A stretch of DNA of 63,645 bases, counting the filler, from Perkinsus chesapeaki ATCC PRA-425 (taxonomy: Eukaryota > Protista > Perkinsozoa): the NCBI GenBank assembly GCA_013115145.1. It is 6 parts of 6 records of this genome, joined end to end, with 100 filler letters (N's around TTAATTAATTAA, not from the genome) between each part and the next. Parts side by side here need not be neighbours in the genome. Positions count along the whole stretch, not along the records: positions 1 to 22,491 come from JAAPAO010000579.1; 5 more parts are not named here. One strand, written 5' to 3'. Both the position numbers and the translations under genes were made by a program. Positions 1 to 10,751 of the stretch are shown piece by piece. Within the stretch, counting starts at the first letter, position 1. Every line of letters begins with the position of its first letter. The notes under the pieces are model-generated. The model was not told the origin of the DNA. It was given only the letters and a program-made list of their open reading frames with translations, and searched no databases.

Positions 1-394
1 CTATGCCATGTTCTTTTGGTTACCTCTTTACCTCCATGAACATGCACATCTATCTCCTGAACAAGCTAACCTGTTGGATACCGTTTATAATGTTGGTGTG
101 GTAGTTGGAAGTCTCGCTTGTGGTTGGCTATCTGATATGATGGCTGTTATTCCCGATTCTGGTAGAGCTCCGTCTCTTTTCCTCTTCCAAGCTTTGGCTT
201 TGATTCCTGTGTCCCTACTTCACGTCGATGAACCCTCAATTGCATATCTGTATGCCATGCTCACTTTAGCAGGGTTCTTTATCGGTGGTGCGGCTAACGT
301 TGTATCTTCCGCTGTTTGCACCGACTTGGGCCGCCGGGATGCTCTTAAAGGGAATCGAGATGCTGTCAGCCAAATAGCGGGTATCATTGATGGT
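1..394 (+). CDS. MFS sugar-phosphate/glycerol-3-phosphate transporter (SLC37/GlpT-like), partial
   Basis: ORF 8..424 has several TM helices and the motifs SLACGWLSD and SSAVCTDLG...GIIDG typical of the SLC37/OPA family C-terminal half. Probable splice donor after GIIDG (about 394). The 5' part is outside the window and I could not identify the last exon(s). Confidence 0.7.
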
Positions 395-1489
395 AACGTT
401 TGCGCAATAAACTTCCCCGTTTGAGGGTTCTCTGGAAAAATGTTCCTAGAGCCAGGCTGAATTTATATTGACGGCGTGGCAAAGCCTGAATGCATCAATC
501 GAATTTCGATCATCGAAGCCTCCACTAACCGTGCTGATGTACTGTAAGTGGCCATACGCCGTTTCATGACTATGTTAGTCCTCGGCGTCCGAGGGTGAAG
601 TGCAACTGGAAACCTACCGAGTGCTATCGGTGCTGATACTGTATCGTCGTCTCGAGTTGTAGCATAAATCTCCAACCCATCAAGGCTGGGGAGTCCCCAG
701 GGGGGATTGTCACTTCACATCCCCAGTTGGGGGGGTAAACTTACAAGTTATGCATGACGCACAATCGGTCGGGTTTCAGTGGATAGGCTAGTTAAAAGTG
801 AAACATTGACTGTGAAGACCCATTTATCCGCCCTTCTCGGATATTTGGGGGGAGATAGTCCGAGATATGCTTGAACAGAGATAAATATATGCCTCACAGC
901 CAATAACTCGAGTTCTTTCCTCGGTCCCACTCTGATACTTGTTTTGGGTACTTAGTATGGCTCTATGGTACCGTAGGAGCCAGCCGTGGGGTCTTTTGCC
1001 CATTGAGATCGAGTTTTTCTAGAAAATGTCTTAGTCGGGATTCGAACCTGCGACCGTCGTTTTGTGAACAAAATGTGCGAAAATTTTTGAAGTGCCATAT
1101 TTTTTGGTCGGAGTCATCCCAGGTGGTAAGCTCTATAGTTTCAAGCTCCTAAAGCATCAAGGAGTTCAAATCTGTCGTAAAAAACTTAGTGCATTAAATC
1201 CCATCTCAGCCCCGTCTCGGGCCACCTGTGTCTACTCACAACCAAAGACGGTTTTCTGAAGCTATTTGGTGAAGACAATGCTCTGTGAAATACACACCTT
1301 CAAACTGTACGGAAAAATCAACGAGTGTGATCACATAATACGCACTGACAAGACGATGACTGACACATAACTAATAAACTGGGACTTATATAAGGCAATA
1401 ATTGGGTCGACTCAGCAAGTTAGAGAGCAGAAAGCCTTGCGCGAGTATGACTGATGGAAGGTCAAGTAACCATGAACGATGCACTCTCT

Positions 1490-4400
1490 ACTATTTGGCG
1501 AACATAACTGGATGCCTTTCACGAGGACCCAAAGGTCTCTCGCGGCAAGTAACCTTCAACCACATCATTTTCATCATCATTTTGGTTATAGATTTGCGAT
1601 TACGGGCAGCCTGAAAAGAGCAAAGAGTGCGAACATCCCTAAAGCAATTGCTTACTTCTTTGGCGCCCTTGGGAGGGTCGATACTATCGCTCCAGCAAAG
1701 AACGTTAAAAATACTCTCATCTGGCCTGAAAGTGGCAATAATGGTGACTTGAACAGATCATCATCTGCCCCACCTAATTCTTAGATTATTATAGTTGAAC
1801 CCTTCCAAATGGAACACTTCTGGGTTGTTCAAGCCGGTCTTAACGGTTGGAAAAATGATATTGTCCTTCGGGTGCATTAATGATAGCTTCGCATCTAAAG
1901 GATGAGCGAACCACAAAAGGTCCGCAACTTCGGGGTCGAGCAAAGGAACGACAATCTCGATACTGTCGATCTGAAAGACGGAAGCCGTTCAAGTGTTTTG
2001 CCGAAAAGGAGTCACTTCCTTCAAGATTTTTTCCAACAGTTCGTCGGCCTTATCAATAGCAGAGTGGAGATTATCATCAACAGAAATACCGTGGCTACCA
2101 GAGGAGAAATTGCTCGAGCGACGGCGTCTACCAGGGCTTGAACTGTATCGTGTCGAAGCGTTACCGACGGACATATCATCGGTTTTAGGCAGAAAAGTTG
2201 CTGGGCTTAGCTCGTCGGTTAGTTTCCTGCCCAGAGCGAACTCTCATAATTTGCCAGATCGATAAATGAACTCACCTCAGTGTGTGGTGTTCATCTCGAT
2301 GGAGATGAAACCATTCACCTGTCATGACTTTAAAGGAATAGCAAGGAAGGAGTTTCCATCCATTTTCAGCAATCCATAAGATAGCCTCGGCGACGAAGTC
2401 GAGTTCTTCCTGAGTCATCGTGAAATGAACACCAACGCGTACGAAACCAGGCTTGAATATCTCATATCGAGTTGAGTCTGAAAGACGCCATTTGGAACAT
2501 AATAAGTTGTAACATTTCACCAAGGGCATCCTCAAAGCGTTCAGCACTCCCACAGTTCAAACCGAGAATAGCTTCACCGTATGGACCAGCGCAGGCACAT
2601 CCACCGCGTGCTTGAATACCGAAAAGATCGTTTAAAAGCGCACCAACAAAGTTATAGTGCAGATATCTGATGACGACCAGATAACAGCATATTGTTAAAT
2701 GAAGTCGTACAATCCATGATTAGTGGTGGTTTTGTTATATAAAATATTGAAAGAAATAATACCGGCGCAGTGCGAGCGGTCCTAAAGGCATAAACGGGCA
2801 TGATACTGTGTTGCTTTTTGGACTTGCCTTCGGTCCGAGTATGCGCACTTTATCATTCTTCTTTATCCTGGTAGATAGATAATCGGCCATGTACTGTTCT
2901 TCCTGGGCAATCTTATCAATGCCAATCAAAGTGTGCAAATGATAGACTGCACCCGTTCTAATACAGCCAAGAATATCCGGAGTGCCTGCGAAGGCGTTGA
3001 TGATTATATATTATAGAATAGTCAGTAATGAGACTCACCGGCTTCTTCGCGCTCTTCAAGATTATCAATGTAATGATGACCTCGACGACTGACATACAAA
3101 ACGACACCGCCACCGCACACACCAGGAACGGCATTTGTCTGATGTTTGCTTTTGCATAACAACAGGCCACTGCTACCGGGACCACCAAGAAGCTTATGTG
3201 GCGAAACGAAAGCAAAGTCGATGTAGCCATACGGGTGGGATAGAGGATTCATATCAACCTGAACATACGCAAATGAGAGTGAAAATTAAAAAGAGGAAGT
3301 GAACCTTCTTGTGGGCAGCGATGGCGGCCAAATCCCAAGCTGCGACGCCGTTATATTTGTGAATTAAGGTGGAGACCTCCGGCATCTGATCGAGGAGGTT
3401 TAGTGGAGAGAACAAGAAACAGCAATGCTTACATTGAGGCAGGCACCGGTGACATTACTACAGGCGGAAAGGACAACAACAGGGACAGCAAATCCAGGAC
3501 TACGGCGATTAAAATGTGCAACCTGGAAGACGACTCGTCGCGCTCTTCCCCGAATAATCGGCTACTTTCTCAAGAACACTTTCGAGCCCCTCAACAGAGG
3601 CAGTGCCTTTGAGCGGATCTAATGGTAGGGTCTGAAAATAGGATGGACCAGAATTACTGAAAGGAACTCACCACAAGTTCAATTTCGATATCGGAAGACT
3701 TGTCGCCGCCGAAACGCTTTACGAAGGAGTTTGGGACTGAAGGTCCTCCAGACAAGTCAATACGACAAAGGCGGCTTACCACTTCTGGAACGAGTAACCC
3801 GGCTAAGCGGGTATCTCAACGCCAGCTCTCTGAATGGCAGAACTGAGCTGTGATGTGCGACAGGATCTATAATCAGAACCTGAGGAGAGGATAACGCACG
3901 AGAGGATACGATGTAACTTACGGCACGTCGAAGGCCTTTTGGAGAATGCTCAGTGGCAAATACTCTACTGCGGCACATAATGTCAGTGAACTTGGTGATC
4001 GCAGCAGTAGCACCAGCTCCACAGAAGATGACTAAGTGAAGGGATATCGGCAAAAGTTAATAACCTTGTCCTGTTACCAGAATCTTCAGAACTGCAATTG
4101 AAATACTCGCGAACTTTATCTCGTGCTTCTTCGCGATACTGCATCGTTTGACGTGCTGTCGCCGAAGCAAGGGAATGGGTGTTGGCATAGCTGAAGAGGT
4201 GAAACCAGATCGATGTGGGAATAGTTGAACAAACGCCTCACGTTGAGCAAACAGTTGTGGTAAGGAAGTCCTCTATGGCTGTCACACTCCTTCCAGAAGC
4301 AGTGAAGTCACAGTAGCTGAACCAATGCGAATAAGGACGGTGCAGATTTGATGAGCTGATCAAACTCACATAAGTTTGCGAGTTGTCCCATCAAAAGGAA

Positions 4401-4530
4401 CAGACACTCTTTCGCTGTTACCAACTGATTGCTCTCTCAAACCAACAACAAGCGAGTTATAATCAGTGTTCTCATCGAGAGGGTAAGAGAGAATAGGTTT
4501 GTAGATGGGGGTGGAGATTTCCGATGGCAT
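1490..4530 (-). CDS. Class-V PLP-dependent aminotransferase / cysteine desulfurase-like protein (multi-exon)
   Basis: Spliced exons read YCDFTASGR, YANTHS, FVSPHKLLGGPGSSG (PLP lysine), EEREEAG, LLNDLFGIQARGGCACAGPY (about 2578-2660) and KPGFVRVGVHF. The 3' end is approximate. Confidence 0.85.
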
Positions 4531-4712
4531 CCGAATGACAGTAAACTGAAACAGATCGCCCAAACCTACGAGGGTGCTGCTATGCCACGTCGGTGAGAGC
4601 TACGATTAGGAAGTGGGCCCCGAGAGGGAGACGAGTTCAACAAGGCGGGGGTTGTTCAATAATTGAACTTCAATTGTGTGCGCATCGCTCATTGTGTGCT
4701 ACATGGCCCAGT

Positions 4713-7700
4713 CTAGATGTCGGGACAGCTAGCGAATTTCGCAAGATCAACTGAGACCGCGGAAGTGTTTTGTCCTTCTTGCAATGTATCTGTTATTGTG
4801 AATGGAGAGCAACCAACTGCTCTCCATCGACCCTCACCCAAGTATTGATTGGTCCTACGAAAATCTGAAGTATTTAAGGTCGCTCTAGCGAAAATCTGAT
4901 CCGCGGCGCATACTGTGCGATGGTGGAGGGTCCACCCGCGCAACAACTCTACAGTGCAGAGTCAGGGAATCATCTAATCACGGTTTGCCCCTCAAGATTC
5001 AAAGTACAAGGATGAAGAGGGGGGCCTTCGCAAGAGGCTTTGTAAATGCTAACGCAGCTATATGATAAAGGCAAATTTGTTTAGGCAATTCAGTTGTCTC
5101 GTGAGAATAGCCAGACCCGATACGCTAATACCTGCCCCAGCATCTCTTATCTACAATATCTGTTGCCTTCTATAATTTCTAGAAGGTAAACTTTCGAGTC
5201 TAACGATCTGATAAGCAGGACTTAGAGCGCACCGTGGACGGAAAAATGAAACGCTTCAACTGCTTTGAGCAAGAGTTGGGAACTGATAGTGTATATGTCT
5301 CAAGTACAGGGCTATCGGAGCTCTTCGGCGACACGAGGCCAGCTGTAATGTAGAACCTCGTTGATACGATGAAACCCAAACAGGATACGTGAAGAGCTCC
5401 GCTTCACCAAGGAGGCACATGTGAAGTTAGGCCATATACATCAGTTATGAACTTGGCTTCCACGGACTAGTCACCCAACCGCTACTCTACGCGATGTGGC
5501 TCCTCTGCGGCTCCTTCATCAACCATACAGAAATCCTCGAGGAGAGGCTCACCGGGAGGATCTCCAGGCCTCGCCGATCAGCTCCGATGATCGCACGGGT
5601 TCTGGAGGGTTCCATATGCACCCAGCTCCCATTCACATCGCGAGCCCTTCTGAGGGACCAAGGAGGCTGCTGCGGATGCTGCTACCGCAACGTACAAGTG
5701 AAAAAGGTGCATAAAGGGTAAAGACCGACACAAACACAAGCTAGGTTGCTCCGGTAGGTGCCTTGCGTATCCAGGAAATAAAAGGCCATCGCAGGATTCT
5801 TTTCAATCACGTTCACACTGTGAACTTCACAGATTGAAGCACTCATGGTTGCAAGGGTGCTTAAATGTAAGCCACATGGAATTGACTTTAGATATAAGTA
5901 GTTTTCTCTGGTAACTCTCGGAGGGTTTCGTAGCTATCGTCGATTACATATCGATAATCGTGCTCTGGGTGCTCCTGATATCGCGGGGAGGTTGGCTGCC
6001 GGATCTGACTGCTGCCAGCCCAGGACCAGTAGGCCTGCAGCTTCAGGAGGTGCTCTGCCTGTCATGTGCTGTACCCTGCCTGCAATGAGGTGAGTGCGTC
6101 TTCATTGACGAATAAATAGCGGAAGTGAGCAGCCAGGCGGATACCAGGACCGTATTCGTCGATGGGCTCTCCGTGTAGACGGTGTTAGAATGATTGATCG
6201 GAGGATAGGGTCGAAAGTATGAACTCGACAGATAAGATACAATCCTCTATAATTGATCAATGTGCGCAATAACTTAATACTAATGAGTTACCATTACGGC
6301 CACCTGTGTCCGGTGTTTCCCTAAGGAACCAACGTCACGCCTAGGGCCTACACCTGCAAGACTTTTCACGCAAGTCGAAGCAGGATTATCAAACATCAAC
6401 ATCATCATGATTGATACACATTATCATGAAATAACATTAAATCTTGAGAACTTTCAAAATGTTATGTATTGCTTCCTTTAGCTGCCGCCCTCTGTGAGGG
6501 CCCTCCGGTGCAAACGTCTCATCATCTATGTCCCCAACGAAGTCCTTGCCATTCTCTTTCAAATATCTTCTATTGCTTTTTCCATATTCGTGTAGCTGTT
6601 TCTGACATGTCTCCTCATTGTACTCATCTGGATGGTAAGCTGTTGCCTGCTGAATTTTGCGAAGGACATCAATTCCTATAGTAGGTGAGATTCTGAAAAA
6701 GCGACATCTCCTGTACCACGGAGCAACCTTGCAATCCACCACTTACTTCATGGTGGTTATAATATTTTGAATTTCCAGCTTGGATGAATTACGTCCCATT
6801 AGAGTGACCCATGTATCAACAAAAGCGTTCTCACCGATGTCCCATTTGCTCGCTACTATAGGGGTACATTTATAGTAAGCCTTAGTGATATCTCGTGCTT
6901 TAACGCGACGTGAATGCCAAATGAAAGCCGGAGCATTCTCCACATTCAGAGTGTCATTTCCGGACTTCATCATATACTGCGATACCGCATAGTCAGTTGG
7001 GAATAAATGACCGAGATTCTGGTTTGCTTGTGCTTCGGACCTCATCGCGTATCCGTCGGCCCCCATGCCATGAGCGCGTTTCCGAATGTATTCCCGACGG
7101 TTTCCGCCGGCACCGGAGACAGAATTTCAGGAAGGTCGAGGAAGACTTCGAATCGTGGGATTTTTTCGAGTTGTCGGCGCCTGTATCAAAGCACTGGTGA
7201 TACGTACAATTTTACAGATGAGTACGAGGAAAATTCAGAGTAAATGTGATCCAGAACGAACTTTTCGGATGGCGGATTCGCATCATCGGTCACCTTCTTC
7301 GCGTTAACAACAATAGTAGCCTGAAGCAGATGGAAGATTTGCACAAAGAAAACCAACGAAATGAGAGGAGTAAATCTTCAAGGTAATCATAACTCTTACC
7401 GATCCTGCAACGCGGTCACGCTTGGTCAAATTCCTTCCAACTTGAACCCAAGTGTAAGTTGTTGGTTTGAGCTTCTGAGTGCGAAGCTCGCTGGCCTGAA
7501 AAGGTAGTAGGACGAAAGTTTCCTGGTAGTGAATTCAGCTACCACCACACGCCCTGCATTCACATCTTCAGACATCTGAGAAATGACGTATTGAACAGTA
7601 TCGCTGGAATGAAATGGTTCCTCACCATCGGAACTGGGTGGGACTCTTCGGTGCTACCTTGGGTGGTAGGAGTGTCATTTTCCCCCTAAGAATTAAACAA

Positions 7701-9250
7701 TCAGAACGCTGAGTTATCTTAACTCAGTTAAGTCTTCCAAACCACATAGCTCACCTTGGATGGAACATGTTTTTTCGCAGCTTTTACGTATCAACATATT
7801 TGCAGCAGCTTCGGCTTTGGTTCTTCTTGGCCTCGTAGGCCCAAGTAAGAACGGAGGCTTCTTACCCTCTATCGGTGTCACAGCGTGGCCGTGGTACGCG
7901 GCCAGCAACAGACCAATAACAATGTTGTGAACGATGTTTGAGACTGTGATGGTCATCTATTATTATTGTGAAACTAGGCTACTAGGTAACCTATAGAAGT
8001 GCAAGCTTAAACTCAGAAAATTTCATGAAGAAATCCCGAGATTATTCCACTGCGGCTCTCTGTGAAGGGGTAAACTCAATTGCAAGGCAAGAGACGGGGT
8101 TAGGAAAATTGATGAACTCAATTGGTAAAATCAGGGCGGGCGGGAAAACATTCACTGATAGCGAGCGCGAATTTCCTTCACGCTCGCGCGCTGCCAGTAG
8201 CCTACTGGCAGTGAGGCTGAAATTCCTCATTTTGGTGTTGATGCCTTTCAAGGGACTCTGCTAGTAAGAATACGACGCCGAGATGGCGCTGAGTATTCAT
8301 GAGTAGGAGCGGAAGCAAGCCTTGTGGTAAAGAAGGCGGACTCTGAAGTTCGGAGGTGGGATGATCGTCGACCATTGATCGAGCTCAGCTGCGCAGCTAT
8401 GCTCGGAGCAAGACCGAGTACAATCGTGTCGTAGTCGCGGAGGTCGCTCTACCGTGTGACGTATGGACGAAGAGTGGCATTATGCCGCTCTTGCCGCGTC
8501 TAATCCACAATGATTGTGGATGGTCCCAAGGCTCGACGACGGCGAGGCTAAGCCTCGGAGGCTTCCTTTCTTGAGGCCTAATATTTTCCCTACGTTTGAG
8601 GTCTCAACAGATTGCCCTACTTCGACCTTTCCTGCACGGCGAATCGCATATTGAACACGCTCTAAGCCTTACAGCCAAACGAATGAAGAAATTGTAAAAT
8701 GCACCTCTCCATGAGTGAAGCCTTCGTGACTGCACGCGTACCATGGTGCAGAGCGTCCGAGACGGGACAAAGACCTGTTGCGCGGCACAACTTGCGCGCC
8801 AAAAAACTCGAGTGTGTGTGTGAGTTTATAGTCCAACGCCGAAAATTGGCTTAGACTATCCATTCCATGTGCAGCTTCAGAGCGAGAGTTTAATACCTAT
8901 ACTGTTATTGTCACTGTAGGGTTTACCAAAAACGAATGTAGCTAGTCTCAAGAGATCTTGCTTATTTTTTGAAAGTTCACCAACTCCGGAAGGTTCAAGC
9001 ACTAATCGAAAGTGCATACCATCCTGATTACAACGGTGCTGCCTTGGATGATGTCAGATTCGATCAGGTTGCGGAGAAATGCGAGATTAAGGTTCGATAA
9101 TTTACGTTGGGGCGCCAGAAGTTTTCTAAGATTCTAATCTCTCAGGAGATAGGGCCGGTGCGCAGGTGAATCATATACCAATGGAAAGAGCAACAAATTT
9201 CTGATCCATTGCTACCATTTTCATCCTCAGACTCGATCTACATCACATTC
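4713..9250 (-). CDS. One or more uncharacterised multi-exon genes
   Basis: Chain of minus-strand open exons bounded by GT..AG (e.g. 4713-4950, 6437-7066, 7210-7320, 7410-7500, 8669-8870, 9030-9140). No family motif recognised and gene boundaries are unresolved. Confidence 0.35.
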
Positions 9251-10049
9251 AGATCAGCGCTGGACAATTTTTTTGACCAGACCGAGTACTATGCAGTACG
9301 CCACCACATACAGCACCGAAATAGGTGAGATTATGCAAGGAAAGCATCGGTACCACTTAGATGAAAGAAGAGAGAGAACTCCCTCATGGAATGGCGGCAT
9401 CCACTCCACCATAAACTAGTGTCATTACTTACTGGTAGAGTCACTACTGTAGTGAAATACCAGCACAATGATGTTGCGCAAATGTTGTAGAGTTAAGGAT
9501 GATTGTAAATGTATTCTTAGTATGAAGTTCTACTTTACGTTGTCGTAAGTTTCCATGTTTTTAGGATTTCATTCAAGTCACTTGAATTCCTTCAACCTTT
9601 CCTAAATTCGTGATGCTATTTGCTATCCATTTACTTCCTGAAAATTTCGTCGAACGTGAAGCTTACGGGGGAACAGAGACTTTGTCCATAAAATAGACTG
9701 CTCTAACTTTTACACACAACAATCTCGGTGATTGAATCACAAAGACTGTCGTAAGTTACAACACCTTCAACTAGATGAGCCTGACTAATCATCTCCGAAG
9801 ACCCCGGCAAACGGTATCACTGATGAGCAGCATCACAAGCTTAAAGTGGCCCACTTCAAGTGGGAATGCATTTAATGCTTTTCCATTCACCAGGAAGATA
9901 TTCACGCTGTTCGGTGAGTTCGCTCAACTTGGAAATCCTCATCAACTCGTTAGTACTACTAACTTGGTCTCAAATGCGTTGAGGTACTTTTACCGACTTT
10001 AAAACACGGAACTAGATTGAGGACATGTCACAACAACATCACAACGGAG

Positions 10050-10580
10050 TCATGGATTCACCCACAAACCAAGATCCATGTCATGGATAGGGTTTTCCTT
10101 GGAAACGGGTATTTCTTCATCCTGTGGGCATTTGCCTTCATGCAAGATCATCTTCTTACCGGCGTGCTCGACCGAGACTGTTCGTTGGGTAGGTTCGAAG
10201 GTTAACTTTTTAAGATCGCTTTCCTTATAATTAGGAAAGGCGATTGCGCATTCGAGAGTAGACTTCACGTACCATTTGTAGATATTATCGCCCTCGGTCT
10301 TATCTTGCGGTTCATACACGCCCGATCCCATGTGCATCATAGCTATGGCGTTACTTCGTTCCTCATACTCTCCTATATTCAGACAGTAAAGCCCAAATAT
10401 GGCGTCCAGGTGGCCTGGGTTGTCGTACCAAGTGATAGAGAGGCAGTCACCCGTGTCACTGTCGTCTAGAAACGTGCGATAGCTACCGTGTGGCTTCAAG
10501 GATATTATTGCACCGCAGCAACGTCTTAATAATAAAGAAATACTTGCCAGATGCAGCAGATACATTGGAGTCGATATCAT
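10050..10580 (-). CDS. Small secreted protein, single exon, lineage-specific Cys-patterned family
   Basis: Intronless ORF with a hydrophobic N-terminal signal-like stretch (MYLLHLASISLLLRRCCG). Shares its motif pattern with 62309-62713. Confidence 0.65.
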   Translation of the reverse strand: MISTPMYLLHLASISLLLRRCCGAIISLKPHGSYRTFLDDSDTGDCLSITWYDNPGHLDAIFGLYCLNIGEYEERSNAIAMMHMGSGVYEPQDKTEGDNIYKWYVKSTLECAIAFPNYKESDLKKLTFEPTQRTVSVEHAGKKMILHEGKCPQDEEIPVSKENPIHDMDLGLWVNP

Positions 10581-10751
10581 TTCGAACCAGCGACGGTTTC
10601 GGATTCCTAACAGGTTGATTGATTTGCCTTTTCCGCAATGCGAGACACGCAAAAAACACTTCTTATTTGGGCGTGCGCTTTTTACAAACGCGCTCTCCCT
10701 TTTGTCCACAATGACAGCAGGCCATGTTGTTGTTCTTTGGGGCCGCCTTCG

